Positions 1 to 12,612 of a DNA stretch of 64,000 nt are shown piece by piece; position 1 is the first letter of the stretch, and each line of letters begins with the position of its first letter. Under the pieces are notes generated by a model that was given only the letters and a program-made list of their open reading frames with translations, was not told the DNA's origin and did no database searches. This DNA is from Vicugna vicugna (lineage: Eukaryota), in contig MU058065.1 in assembly GCA_013265495.1 (NCBI GenBank), positions 7,564,302 through 7,628,301 of the forward strand, read 5' to 3'. Position numbers and translations under genes: made by a program.

Positions 1-399
1 TTATAACATAGATGCTCAATAAATATTTAATGTGCTCCTTGAAAAATCACTCCCTGGAAGAAAGGAATTTTTCCTTTGGAGTCCTTTAATTTGTGGAGCC
101 CATAAGTAGGTCTTGCTGACCTGTTTGTCCATACATTAGTGGACCTTAATTATAGGATGAATGTTCTGGATTTTGAGGTTGATTCCATCAATCCCCTTGA
201 CTGGGTGCAAGTTTATGCTTGAGCATTCTGGGCCGAGAACTGTCATTAGTTCTTAACATATGATCATCAAAACATTTTTTAAAGGAAGAAAGGGGACCTG
301 GAGCCAGCAATTCCCAGGTCTGGCTTCTGAGCTCCTGAAAGGAGCAAAGCCAGCACAACATAGGGCAGGATAAAAATTCAGCTCAGTGCAAACACAGTT

Positions 400-560
400 A
401 ATGAGAGAGCCTTTGAGTAAGAAAAGTTGCTGACAAAAATCAGGACTATTTAGTCTAGAGGAGAAGATTGAGAAGCAATCTGATAGTGGTGCTTTAAACC
501 ACCTGCAGCCTGGGGCCATTGCAAACAATTCAGATGGATGGTCTGTTTGAGGTGAGTGGA
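400..560 (+). mobile_element. L3/CR1 LINE fragment
   Basis: ggactatttagtctagaggagaagattgagaagcaatctgatagtggtgctttaaaccacctg resembles the CR1/L3 3' ORF2 block ggattatttagcctggagaagagaagactgaggggagacatgatagctgtcttcaaatatctg. Confidence 0.55.
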
Positions 561-840
561 CAGGCCCAAACTTGTGTCTACTGAGAGGGGATTGCTTGTT
601 AAAGGAATTTAAGTAGGCACTCTCTAAGGTGTAATTTCAACTGAGCTTTTGGAGCAAGTCTGAGAGTTAAAAAGCAAAACAAACTTTGCTTAGGGACTGT
701 CCCCAAATTTCCCACTAATAAGTTGTTTACCATGGATTTAAATTTGGGACTTAGATGAGAATTGTAGGCCATCTGGCTTTCTCCCTTGGCTCCAGATGAG
801 ACAGCATTTAAACTAAGGCAGGTGTTTGTTGCTTCTTAAA

Positions 841-874
841 ACATACACACACACATACACACACACACACACAC
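841..874. repeat. (CA)n microsatellite
   Basis: direct read. Confidence 0.95.
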
Positions 875-1024
875 TCCTACCTTTGCACACAAGTACACAC
901 TAACTCATGCTATTCCCTGTGATACAAAGTGCTAGATGCCCCTTTTCTTCCAAGGTCCCTGTCACAAGTTGGTTCTTCTACTGTTACTTACATATCTGGT
1001 TGCCTTTATCCTTGTTTAGATTAT

Positions 1025-1180
1025 GAATTACAGAATGCTGGAAGAGAACATAGAGGCCCTAGTTCAGTCAAGTTCTTATTATGCAGAAGATGAAGCTGAG
1101 GCACAGAGAAGATAAAGAACTTTTCCAAAGCTCAGAGAGATTTAGAAGACTAGGTCTACTGCCAGCTCTTTGGTCAACTC
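1025..1180 (-). mobile_element. MIR SINE fragment
   Basis: gatgaagctgaggcacagagaagataaagaacttttccaaag is the antisense MIR core. Confidence 0.7.
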
Positions 1181-1477
1181 TCAACAACATCCTTTACTTA
1201 CGAATAATACAGAGGCAGCATAGAGAACCAGAAGGTCCTAGAAAGTCAGATCAGAAAACAACTGGTGGAATGTTTAGGGTTCCTCAGGTGTAAGCAGCCT
1301 TTCTTGGCCAAGGTTTTATGCAAAAACAAAGCCCTATAGAAAGTGATTTGAGTTAACTATTTTCTCAGTTCTCCCAAGTGTGGTACATATCTGGTACCAG
1401 TCTAGATGCATAGAAGAAAAGTTAATCAATTGCATAACAATGACTCTCTTAGGGTGTTGGGGATTCATACTCTAGTG

Positions 1478-1680
1478 CAGTGTGTGGCAAACTTTTTGTA
1501 AATATTTTTGACCTTGTGGACCACATGGTTTCTGTAGCAACTATCAGTTTGTAGCATGAAAGCAGCAAAAGACATTATATAAATTAATAAATGTGGCTGT
1601 GTATCAACCAGACTTTACATACTGAAATAGGCAGTAGCTGGGTTTGGTCTGCAGGCTGAGTAGGAGTTTGCCTGTTCATG
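1478..1680 (+). mobile_element. MER58A-like non-autonomous hAT-Charlie DNA transposon
   Basis: Starts cagtgtgtggcaaacttttt, internal gtagcatgaaagcagc...aatgtggctgtgt, ends gtttgcctgttcatg; degenerate 8-bp TSD ctctagtg / cttcagtg. Confidence 0.8.
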
Positions 1681-1699
1681 CTTCAGTGGAATTCAATTG

Positions 1700-2031
1700 A
1701 AGAGGGTTGGGTGCAAGCAACAGAATATACTCATACTGACTGAAGGAGAAATTATTCAAGGGACCATAGAATGACTCAGAAACTAAAGGCCCCTGAGAAG
1801 CTCCAGGGATCCATTTACAGGTTCCCAAGGGTATTCCAATTAGGAAAAATCAGTAAGTCCTTAGAGACAGTCTCATTGGCTTAACTGGGCAATGAGCCCA
1901 CCACTTAATAGACAGTGGCATCATAAGTAAACTCATGGGAGAGGGTTAAGTCCACACATGAAAACTGAGGAGCTCTAGAAAGAAGGGAGAAGGGGGATGG
2001 GGCCACCAAAAAGCAATGCCTGCCCACTACA
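1700..2031 (-). mobile_element. MLT1-family (ERVL-MaLR) solo LTR, old subfamily
   Basis: ttgggtgcaagcaacagaa at the left end; the reverse complement begins tgtagtgggcagg followed by a pyrimidine-rich ccttctcccttctttctag tract. Confidence 0.6.
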
Positions 2032-2255
2032 GAATCTTTCTGTATATAAAGAGACATGTTCTTTCTGAATCCTGGCATCAGACAGTTGGAAAACAAACAA
2101 AGCACCTTTAGAGTCAGATGCAATCTCAACTCCTAGCCCAAATCTTGAAATCTCCTGCATAAAAAGTGTGGAATGGGGTTAGAGAAGAGTCATGGACATC
2201 TTGTCCAAATTCTAAAGCCAGACCCTGACTTGTCAATCTCCATGCTTAACCAGCA

Positions 2256-2350
2256 CTAGACTAGAAGCTCCACAAAGGCATAAACTAGGTCTGTTGTGCT
2301 CACCGTAGTAATGTCCAGGGTCTGAAATAGTATGAGACGCCTCCCAGGTC
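2256..2350 (+). mobile_element. L2 3' fragment
   Basis: ctagactagaagctccacaaaggca...gtctgttgtgctcaccgt matches the L2 3' end. Confidence 0.6.
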
Positions 2351-2369
2351 ATTTAGGCATTGATTAGCT

Positions 2370-2790
2370 TACTTATTTACTTAACAAGAATTGGAGAGTC
2401 TGCTCTGTACCAGGCATTGAGCTGGACTCTGGAGATTCAATGGTGTGCAAAGACAGAGTTCCTGCCCTTGTGGAGCTTAATATGTTGAGAGTAGGAGAGA
2501 AGAGATGGATTATAATAAAAAATAAGTCAAATAAATGTAAAATTATAATATTGATAAATGCTGCAAAGTAGTGGGAGGAGGGTCCGTCATACATACAAGC
2601 AAAGGGCTTGTAGATATGGTGAGAGGAACTCAGGGAAATCCTCCTTAAAGAGGGGGAGTGAAGTGGGTTGTGGGGAAGAGCATCAGCAAAGACGAGGGAT
2701 GTGCAATGAACACTTGCAAGGGCAAGCTTTGAGGATTCCAGCCTCACGGGAGTTAGAGGGAGCAGAGTAGGGCAATGGGAAGAACATCAA
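2370..2790 (-). mobile_element. L2 LINE 3' portion
   Basis: ctctgtaccaggcattgagctggactctggagattcaatggtg...cctgcccttgtggagctta is the antisense L2 3' end. Confidence 0.8.
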
Positions 2791-2794
2791 GAGG

Positions 2795-2980
2795 TTGTCA
2801 GATCTTGTCTTTAATCTTCATTCTGTCTCTTTACTTAGCTGGGTGCCCAATGGTGAGTTGCTGAATTTCTCTTAGCTCCAGGGTGGATAACAATAATAGT
2901 AATAATAATAACAAGAATAACAACAACACCTACTAAGGTGTCAAATAAGAAAATGCACTTGGAAGTGTGTGTTTTGGAAA
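2795..2980 (+). mobile_element. MIR SINE
   Basis: ttacttagctgggtg...gagttgctgaatttctc core, with an (AAT)n expansion in the tail. Confidence 0.65.
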
Positions 2981-2983
2981 CTA

Positions 2984-3125
2984 AAGCAGTGGTATAGACT
3001 TCATCTTTGTGGGGCCCTCCCCAAAGAACTACTGAATCAGAATATCTGGGTTGGGGTCACAAAAACTATTTTTTGAAAGCCCGAGGAGTTATTTTGATAT
3101 GTTACCAGTTTTGAAATTCAGACCT
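2984..3125 (+). mobile_element. MER5-like hAT-Charlie element
   Basis: cagtggt...actactgaatcagaatatctgggttgggg...ccagttttgaaa; orientation uncertain because the element is palindromic. Confidence 0.65.
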
Positions 3126-3367
3126 CCAAAACTCTAGGGGAAAAAAATGTAGTTTATGAGGTTGTTGGCAAGAAGCTGGAGAAAAGTGGCAGAGGCTCAG
3201 TCCCGGAGGGCTTACAGATGAGAGGGACAAGATGAAAACTCCCAGTTACTCTTAGTCCTTTCCATTTTTCAGATGCTCAATAGCACCTCTAGGGTAAAGC
3301 CTTTAATGCTGAGTGTTTATTAATCGGGATCCTGGCTTACAGTCTCCCTACCCTGCTTATCCCTCTA

Positions 3368-3735
3368 CTGCAGATCTGGTTCCCCAGGAAACAGACCTAG
3401 GTGGTGAGGAGGCAGGTTATTGTGGCATGAGCTCAAGGTCAACATTTGGGGGAGGGAAGAGTGCAGGACAGGATGAGACAGAAAAAGCTGAGCTGTGGTA
3501 CAGTCACAGCAAAGGCCTCAGCTGATCCCATGTGGTACTCAGGACCTGGGGAGCCCCTGCAGTACCCCACATCAAGGCAAGCATACCAGGTACTGGGGAG
3601 GGGTGTGACCTCAGGTGAAGCAATTCCCAGAGGTCAGCTGTGTGCTCTCAGAGGCCAGCACTCATAGCATGTGGGGGAATTCATCCTTCGGTCCTGAAAG
3701 GATCTGGGTAGCACAGCACAGGCTTCACTGCGGCC
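3368..3735 (-). mobile_element. LTR16-like ERVL solo LTR
   Basis: ggttccccaggaaacagacc...gagctgtggtacagtcacagcaaaggcctcagctgatcccatg is a diagnostic LTR16-type block. Confidence 0.65.
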
Positions 3736-4100
3736 TCATTGCCAACTACAGCTCTGCTTTAAGTCCACCTTCCCCTTGTTTAAAAGCCATTTCCCCCCAT
3801 TGCCCACCAAAGAGGTTGGCACTCAGAATTCAGCACCATCTACACCTGAACTACACTTCTAGTCAGATTTTCTGCTATTTTATTATATGGTCCTTTTGTT
3901 CCAGCTGAACTGGACTGCTGCCCTTTTCCTAAGACTAACCTACACTTTCCCTTGCAGCTTGGATCAGTTGGCCCTCATCCCTTCTCATTAATTTCTCGCT
4001 ATCCTTCAAAGTACATGTAATAGACAATTAAAAATTTTTGACTGGCTACAAACTCCTCTTTTCTTCCATTAATAATATGTGCTCCCTCCCAAGCTCTCAC

Positions 4101-4160
4101 CTCTCTCTCTTTCTCTCTCTCTCTCTCTCATACACACACACACATGCACACACACACACT
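4101..4160. repeat. compound (CT)n-(CA)n microsatellite
   Basis: direct read. Confidence 0.95.
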
Positions 4161-4469
4161 CCTCTGTTTTGTGCTTGGAGTATCTTGGCCAGAGGTGTTA
4201 GTATATGATGAGGTTCTAATCAATTGTGAAAAGAGCAAAAGATGCACTTACTTAGAATATAAACACTTCCAAATTACTCTCTAAGTCAAAAATGTGTGAA
4301 AACAATCAAAGGGAATACATAAGAAGTTAGGTCTTTCAGCCTGATTTCCAATAAGCTCAAGCCCACATTTTCAATAGGTCTCTAGTCTAAGAATGCTAAG
4401 TCAAATGTTTTTATGTCTTCAACTATTCCAAAAAAATAAATAAATAAAAAGGAAAACAACCAGACCATG

Positions 4470-4635
4470 ACAAGAACACACTGGACTTAGAGCAGGAAAC
4501 TGAAGTCAGGTTTGTGTATTCTTCCAATTTGAAAAATTATTCCTTTGAACAAGTCAATTTCCTCCTCTGGACTTGTGTTTTCCCATTTCTAGGAGGAAGG
4601 GTTGATGAGCACTAATGTTCCCATCAGTCCTAATG
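4470..4635 (+). mobile_element. MIR SINE
   Basis: aagaacacactggacttagag...ctttgaacaagtcaatttcctcctctggacttgtgttttcccatttcta. Confidence 0.7.
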
Positions 4636-4869
4636 GTCTGTAATGGTGAGAAAAGGAAAGAGGAAATGGAAGCTTACCAATTTCTGTCTCTTCCTGTCCT
4701 CCGACCCTCTTGTCCTATAGGATACAGTTTTATTGAAACCTTTATCATTTCTCAATGAGCCATATTCTCTTGCCCTCAGGCCTTGAGCATTCTCCTTTCC
4801 CGAGTCAACTTTCTCTTGCACTGATTGATCCCTATGAATGCTGTAAGTGTCAGTTTATATGTCACCTTC

Positions 4870-5090
4870 CCTAAGAAACTTCCCTGGACCATTTGTATGG
4901 TTGGCAGTCAATGCTAGGTACTCCTATAACATTCTGTACTATCAAAATATGTATCTCATCTTATGTATTTACTCATTTAATTGTGTCCATCCTCTACCCT
5001 TACTTCCTAGACTAATTTCTACCAAAGCAGGAAAACATAGGAGAAACTTAAAAATTGACACTTGGATGAATTAATCGATGAACAAATGTG
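4870..5090 (+). mobile_element. L2 3' end
   Basis: ccctaagaaacttccctg...ends cttggatgaattaatcgatgaa, an L2-type tail. Confidence 0.5.
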
Positions 5091-5939
5091 ACATAAACCA
5101 ATGAAGAAACAGTGCAAGACCAATGAGCATTTGCTTCTGGTCCTCATTTTTAATTCAGATATCTATTCATCTTTCCCTCACTGCAAGACAGATGTTCACA
5201 TCCAGCCCATGAATCGCCAGTGAGAAAGGTCATTAACCACCAGAGGGAAAATAATGCCGACTGAGGTTCTAACCTCCTTTGACTTTCCAAGAACTGCTTT
5301 GAGTACATTCTGTTTTCGAAGATCAACCTCTCTCCTGCTTCCAAAATCCTGTCCCAGCCTGTCCAGCTCATCCCTGGCCCTGGTTGCAGGGGGGGATATT
5401 GAGTCCTGCAGTTTCTGAGCCAGTTCTAGCCAAAAAGCAGAGATTGGAGAAAGCAGGATTTGATTTTCTTGGCCTCTGAATGCTCCCTGATTATTATTTT
5501 TTAATATCCTGAGCAAGATTAGGATGAAGCAGATTAGGGAGAAGTCATGAGATTAAGTCATAACTGAGCTTCTCTCTGCTGCAGGCTTTCCCTTGAGAAA
5601 GGACTCTGGACGTATCCTTCTGTATAACAGGATAGGACTTGGGAACCAAATTAAATGCATTCCATTAATAATCTTTCCTTCTTTGCTGCCCCCCACTCAT
5701 TAGTGGAAACTGAATGAGATGAAACATGCAAGAAAGACTCAGTCACTGAAGGTAATGTTACCACGTCATCTCTCCTCCCAGTACAGACATTGGTTCTCCT
5801 CATCCTTGGAATTCTGTTCTAGGATCATAAAGGGTCCTGCCTTTGCCTTCCATGCCCCTCTCCCCTACTGGATTACTGTTAATTCTTGAAATCTCAAATC
5901 CTAGCTTTGAGCTTTCAGTACTAAAGTTTGAAGTCCCAA

Positions 5940-6210
5940 CTGTGTCAATTCCTTACACCAGGACGTTAGGGAAGTCCCTCTCTCGGCCTCACAAGGGTTT
6001 GGCGAGTGTTAGACATGATGGCAGAGATGAGAGAGCCTGACACAGACTCTAACACAAAGTGGGTTATCAGTGAAAGCTCATTCATCCAGTCACTCTTATG
6101 GGTGACCAGAGGCTGTCCCAGTGTATGCCTGTTGTCTAGAATAATTACAGCTAATGACCACCTTCCTCTAAAAAGTGTCCCATTTGGATGGTCAGTTTTA
6201 TGGCCACCCT
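5940..6210 (-). mobile_element. possible ancient LTR fragment
   Basis: tgtgtcaattcc...cacagactctaacacaaagtgggttatcagtgaaagctcattc resembles antisense 3' ends of old ERV/Gypsy LTRs; family not identified. Confidence 0.3.
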
Positions 6211-8289
6211 AGTTATGACTCAGACATCAATGTGATTCACTTTTTAATTGTTCACTAGAGAGTTCCTCTGAAGCAGTGGCATCTACCATAGACACACTTT
6301 ACCAAAAATACTCAGTGGTCCCACATCTTTCTGTCTTTCTTCCTTCCCATTTTTAAGCCAAAGGCAGTCTCATGTACTTTCCACTCTTTTGTATTGAGAG
6401 GGACATTTTTGAGATCAGAAAGAAGTGATAGAAACCACCCCACCCTGGATCTCTTGGCAGGGCCCCACTAACTTTTATTTTTTCCCACATTTCCTTCTAA
6501 GGAAGTCAGATCCCTTAAGGCAAAGGCCCAGAACATTCCAGAGTGCTCTGGGGTAATAAATGTGTGCAAATGGTAGGTTCTTAGAGAATTCAATGTGGCA
6601 TTTTGTCCAACAGGATTCAGGCATGAATGGTTAATCAGCAAGTGCTAAAGGGAGAAATTCTTAAGATAGGGAAGTAGAGGGGCATCTAAGCCAGTGCAAA
6701 ATGACCAGAAAAATACAGAAAATGCCTTGAACATCTATCTGCCCAATAATGCCAGCCTGCTTAAGAGGAGATTTGGTAGAAGACTGTGTTTTTACTATTT
6801 GGATGAAGCCAAGGAAGCCTTTAGGATGAACAGGAAGGCCTAGTGATATATTGATGAGGAAGGTGGGGATTATAATCAGTATGGCACCGTTCTAGAATAT
6901 ACAGCTAGATAAATGAAATGGTGATGCTTTAACTTTCAATACTAGTCTTCTACACAGTATTACTCTGAAGCCTCATGTCCCATGCATACGTGTTTACATC
7001 AAAGTTCTACACCTTCTTTTCTAATCATTTTTTATTTGAGCCTAGTTCCATAAGCTTCCTCATCTGGTTTATTGACTGCACTCTTTAGTCTCTTTTTCAG
7101 TGGCCCATTCTGCATAAAATCTGGTCAGCACGCCTCCACGCACATGGCCCTGGATCACCTCTGGACCAGAGCAATGCAGGTGGAATTCAGAGTGTCCTGT
7201 CCATGCCAAGTCCCTTTTCCTCTGACACCTCTGTAATAGGGAACTGGTCAGACTGGTCTCCATATGTTCCTCCAAATGAGGGAAAGGCATCAAAGCCAAC
7301 TGCTACCAGATTTTAAAATATTAATAATAATAATGATTTTGTAAAAATCCAAAGGGATGCCTGTTCATGGTGTGTTATGTTTCCTAAGCAAATGTGGAAG
7401 GGAATAAAAGGGGAGGGGAAATAGAGCCAAAACCAAGAATAACATCCGACCTGGTGCTGCCAGCCTGTTCCAGGTCTTGAAAAACAGGAGGCTGTATCTA
7501 GGCTGGTTTCTGGGAAATAAAGTGGATCTGTGTATTTGCTTGTTGGTGTAGTAGGAAACGTCTGCCTGCCAGCGCAGCAGGGAGCAACATGTTGCCATTG
7601 GATCAATGGACCAAGGTGCAGCTGTGTTCTCACTAAGTGAGGAGCTAATTACTGAAGAAAGATACAAATTGCAAATCTGTGACTTCAGGTGGAAACTATG
7701 ACCTAAGGTGAACAAACAAGACTCTTGCAGATGGAGGTATGCAAACTAGTAAGAGACAAAGGAGAATCAAATGTTGGCATGTTAAGTTTCTGCAATTTGA
7801 AATAGGCTCCAAAATTGAATGCAGAGCCAGGAAAAGGTTAGAAGTAAAGAAGACAGAAAGAGAACACCCTCCTTAAAGTGCACAAGACAAAGACCCAATA
7901 CATGTGGTCATCCAGGAAGTATCAGAATATGTCCAACATACACTTTCTCCCATCTATACATTCTTCTTATTCAAAGCCTCCAATGGGTCAGCTGATCCTG
8001 GAAAGGTTATCTTTTTCCTTTAAACAGGAATGAAAACATCCTCTCTCTGTCAGATGACTGTTTTCAATGATCTTTCCTACCAATAAGCAAGGTGCTTATT
8101 ACCACTTTGATAATGTTTTTTTGAAGTTTCCTAATCCTCACTAGTTGAACATTCTTTCTGATATGTGATCTGCTCTTAATTTTTTCTCTCATGCCACTCA
8201 ACTAGTTGGAAAAAAATTAATAAAAGGAAAATGCATTTTACTATGGCCACTAGTAATTCAGGGAGATAGACACAGTGTGAAAGTTATTA

Positions 8290-9100
8290 CGGAAAACAGT
8301 ATGGAGATTCCTTTAAAACACTGAAAATAAACTTACTCAATGGTCCAGCAACCCCACTCCTCGGCATATATCTGGACAAGACTCTAATTTGAAAATATAC
8401 ATACACCCCAATGTTCATAGCAGCACTATTTACAATAGCCAAGATATGGAAGCAACTTAAATGTCCATCAACAGATGACTGGATAAAGAAATTGTGGTAT
8501 GATGTATATATATGTGTATGTGTGTGTGTATATATATATATATGTATGTGTGTGTGTATGTGTATATATATATACACACATATATATATATGTATATGCA
8601 ATGGGATACTACTCAACCATAAAAAGAAAAAAATAATGCCATTTGCTGCAACAACATAAAAAAGAAAATGCCATTTGCTGCAACATGGATGGACCTGGAG
8701 ATTGTCATTCTAAGTGAAGTAAGTGAGAAAGAGAAAAAAAATACCATATGATATCACTTATATGTGGAATCTTAAAAAAAAAAGAGGGGGGCAAAAAATG
8801 AACTCATTTACAAAACAGAGACAGACTCACAGACATAGAGAATAAACTTATAGTTCCCAGAGGAAAAAGAGGATGAGAAAGGATAAATTGAGAGTTTGGG
8901 ATTTACAGCTCTAACTAGTATATATAAAATAAATAAACAACAAGATCCTACTGTATAGCACAGGGAACAATATTCAATACCTTGTAATGGTCTACAGTGA
9001 AAAAGTATATGAAAAGGAATATTCATGTATAAATGACTCACCATGCTGTATGCCAGAAATTAACAAAATATTGTAAATTGAGTATACTTCAATAAAAAAG
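8290..9100 (+). mobile_element. 5'-truncated young L1 (ORF2 C-terminus + 3' UTR)
   Basis: Encodes [31 protein letters not shown]; 3' UTR tatagcacagggaac...aataaa; internal (TA/TG)n at 8503-8598; TSD-like aagttattacgg / aagttaaaattacgg. Confidence 0.95.
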
Positions 9101-9109
9101 TTAAAATTA

Positions 9110-9300
9110 CGGTATCTCACTATCAGACTGTTTTGTTACTAACATGTTGTGTAACTCTGAAACTCAGTTTCCCCATTTACAAGGTTAAGAGGACTGGTCC
9201 CTTCTACCTTATATGGCTATTTTAAGAACCCAGTAAAAAATAATCTAAAAATGATTTGAAAAGTATAAAATGTGTTTGCAAGGCAAATTATGGTTATGAC
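9110..9300 (+). mobile_element. MIR SINE
   Basis: ctctgaaactcagtttccccatttacaag core. Confidence 0.65.
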
Positions 9301-9941
9301 TTAACAACAAAGACTGTCTCATTGCTGATTTAATTCTTAAATTAAAAGATTCACATTTTAGAAATTAAAAAAGGAATAAAGGAATCTCCAACAGTTCTTT
9401 CTTTGTCAGAAAAAAAAATGCTTCCAGAGAGATTCCTTGAACTCACATTCCATTTTGCACACTCCTTGAAAATTACATAAAGAAGTTAAATTTCAGATGT
9501 GGGATAAACCTTTTGTCTCTATCTGGAAGAGTAAATGTCTGTTTCCATTAAGTGATCCCAATTTCAAACATTTCATCTCAGCCATAAGTCATCATTCTCT
9601 ACTTGGAAGGCAGGGGGATAAATTCTGACACAGAATGGAAATTCAAGAGGTTGGTGACTGACAAAGATTCTTTATTTTTAAGAAACTATGATGAGAATTG
9701 CACTGGCAAACAACAACTGTGTATGTGTACGTGTATACGTGCAAGTGTGTTTTTCCGTTTTAGGATCAAAGTAAATTGTAATGATGTGAAAGCAGAAAGT
9801 AATTTTTACTTTTCAAACATCACTCCAGAGAAGCATGACTGACTTCAAAAAGGGACACCAAAAAAAAAAAAAATTAAAAGAGAAAAAAATCCCAGGGGGA
9901 AAAAGAATACACATATAGTTTGAGTTTAGTTACTGGCTTTA

Positions 9942-10478
9942 GTGACTGTAGATTTCTATTGCTTTTCCACCATTTCACCCCTTTCCTCCTTTCTAACAGA
10001 ACCCTGCTGTGGATCAGGAATTATACCCTTCCCCACAAAGCCATATGTTTCACATCACAAGCATGGTGATCCCATTGCCCTGCCAGCAATTGGTTTTGAA
10101 TGGGCATGTGCCCCCACTTTTGGTTAGACACTGATATATGAAAGGAAGTCTTCTGGGAGGTTTGTGGAAAAGATTCCTTCATTTATTTCATGATGCAACC
10201 TCTTGTTCTGTTGGAAGATGACATGGCTGAAATGAGACAGCCTTCTTGTGATCCTGAAAGGAGCTAGCCTAAGGGTGGCACATCAGAAGAGTAAAGTTAC
10301 TCCAATGATAAAAGTAAAGAGATCCTCGTGCTATTATTAGTGGCAAATAGCTAGCCTTGGAATTGCCCTCCCCCTGGGTTTCTTTTTGTATGAGCTGTAA
10401 ACATCCCTGTAATGTTAAGTCAACTTGATTTGGGTTTTTTTTTTTCAGTTGGCTGCCAGTGTTACCCTAACTGACTAA
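9942..10478 (+). mobile_element. MLT1-family (J/K-like) solo LTR
   Basis: ctcctttctaacagaaccctg start motif, gggcatgtg, ends ccctaactgac. Confidence 0.75.
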
Positions 10479-11029
10479 TTCTCTGTCTGTGCTTAAAAGT
10501 TGGTGCTGACACTGTGATGGCATCAATACAACACTGAATGAATGTGAGGTAAGTGAGCTGAGTTGGTACCATGGAAACATTAATCAATCACAGTCAAATG
10601 ATTTGTCAAATGGACTGAATGCATTCTCTGTCCTAGGTATTGTGCTAGATTCTTAAGTTAAGAATTGTCATCCAAATATTTCAGCCATGCCCTCCCAGTT
10701 CTGGGCCATTTCAACATCTGATCAGCCCTATCCTGCCTGATCAGGGCAGGACATCTCTGTCCTATTAAGAACAACAATTTCTGTTCTTTGAAAGCCCAAG
10801 AGCTAGTGCTCCCATAATTTCAAGTATGTGGCACTATAGTCTCACTAGCCATCAGGTATATACACACTGCTCTGAGCCACAATTTCTCCCACAAATTAAC
10901 CTCTGCTTCTTTTTGTCACAAATCGCTTATTTGCCATGATATACTTGCTGTATATATATTTTTCTCAATCCACTTGAAGTAAAAAGGAATGTTTTAGAGC
11001 ACTGCATCTTGGCTCAATTAGGACTTGCT

Positions 11030-11350
11030 AAATGGATTATTGTTTTCCATAAAGCACCTGTTATATACTAGGCATAATGCCAGTGGCTTTAGGGGACATA
11101 AAAGTTAAAAATGCAATCCTTGTCTTCGAAAGGTTTACAATTGAAGAGAAAAGACATGTAAATAGTTGGTTACTGAATGAGTCAGTTTGTAGCCTACCAA
11201 CAGTATGAGTGAGGAACTCAAAGGAACAGAGAGGGACAAACTACTCTGGTTGGTGTCATCTGGCAAGCCTCCATGAAAGACATGGAATTTGAGCTACACC
11301 TTGAAAGACATGTAGGCTTTCAGTAAACAGTGGGAGTCCAGACATGAGCA
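11030..11350 (-). mobile_element. L2 fragment
   Basis: agcacctgttatatactaggca...ggcaagcctccatgaaagacatggaatttgagct. Confidence 0.65.
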
Positions 11351-11399
11351 CCATACACGGAAAGAATAGCATCAACCCTGGGGTCAGAAGCAACCTGCA

Positions 11400-11750
11400 A
11401 GGCAGGCTCACTAATAGGGCCGATCAGATGCTGAAATGGTCCAGAGCTGGGAGGGAATGGCTGAAATATCTGGATGACAGAAACCAGACTCCAAGATATC
11501 TTGACAGGCTGGAACGATAGACTGAATCTAACATGAACTGGGCTAAATGTACCATTTTGCATTTAATTATTAAAGGGAAAAAAGTTCACAGTCGCAGCTG
11601 CTTATGGGAAAAAGACTCTATGTTTTTGTTGAATGTAAGCTCCATATAAATCAATGCTATCATTGCCAGAAAAGCTGAGGCATGCCTAAGTCCTATTTCT
11701 CTCCAAAAATATAAGATTCCTTTCTTTTTCTGTTCAAAGCTAATCATAAC
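11400..11750 (+). mobile_element. L3/CR1 fragment (5' part, split by MLT1D)
   Basis: gatatcttgacaggctggaacgatagactgaatctaaca...gaaaaagactcta...aagctccatataaatcaa...gccagaaaagctga. Confidence 0.75.
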
Positions 11751-11754
11751 AGAC

Positions 11755-12328
11755 AGATCAGTTTTCTACTGCTGCCATAATACATTGCCACAAATGTAGT
11801 GGCTTAAAAGAACACAAAATTATTTTGTTACAGTCAGAAGTCCAGTACAGGTCTCACTAGACTAACATCTAAGTGTTGGCATTGTTTTCTGGGGCTCTGT
11901 GGAAGAATTCCCTGTTTGTTCAGATTGTTGGTAGAATTCTGTTCCTTGGGTTTGAGGGACCAACGTCCCTATTTTCTTGCTGGCTGCAAGCTGAGGGCCA
12001 CCCAGAGCAGCTAGAGGCCACCACATTCCTTGGCTCATGGCCCCTTCCTTCATCTTCAAAGCCAGCAGTGGCAGGGTGAATCCTTCTCATGTCACATCTC
12101 TCAGACCCTCTTCCATCACTGCATCTCACTCTTTACTACCAGGAAATATTCTCTTATTAAATTGTTATTAAGTTGGGCCCACCTGGATAATCCAGGAAAA
12201 TTGCCTCATCACAAGGTCTGTAACCTTCGTCACATTTGCAATGCCCTTATCCCATATAAGGCAACATATTCACAGTATTGGGGATTAAAGCATGAGCATC
12301 TTATTGGAAGCATTATTCTGCCCTCTCA
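11755..12328 (-). mobile_element. MLT1D-like solo LTR
   Basis: ctgctgccataa...ccacaaatgtagtggcttaaaa...cacattccttggctcatggcccc...gggcccacctggataatccagga...cattattctgcc. Confidence 0.9.
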
Positions 12329-12329
12329 T

Positions 12330-12612
12330 CTGAACTGTTCTCAGTCCTGAGTGCCACCCTTGGCTCAACATTGATAAACTGGGGTGAATCTAAGGGAGAG
12401 TGACCACAGTAGAAAATTCAAAACTGTGTCATGTAAAGCATGTTTGAGAAAACTGGGAATATTTTCCCTGGAAAGTCAGGAGTAAGGGGAAGCATAATAG
12501 CTGTTTCATGTCATCTTAATGCTTGTCATACAAAATGGACTTATTCTGTGTTACATAGAATGCAGAGCAGAATCAAGGGAAAAAGAAATAAGTTTTAGCT
12601 CAATGTAGGGAA
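12330..12612 (+). mobile_element. L3/CR1 fragment (3' part)
   Basis: cattgataaactggg...gaaaactgggaatattttccctggaaag...ggacttattctgtgt continues the 11400-11750 fragment. Confidence 0.75.
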
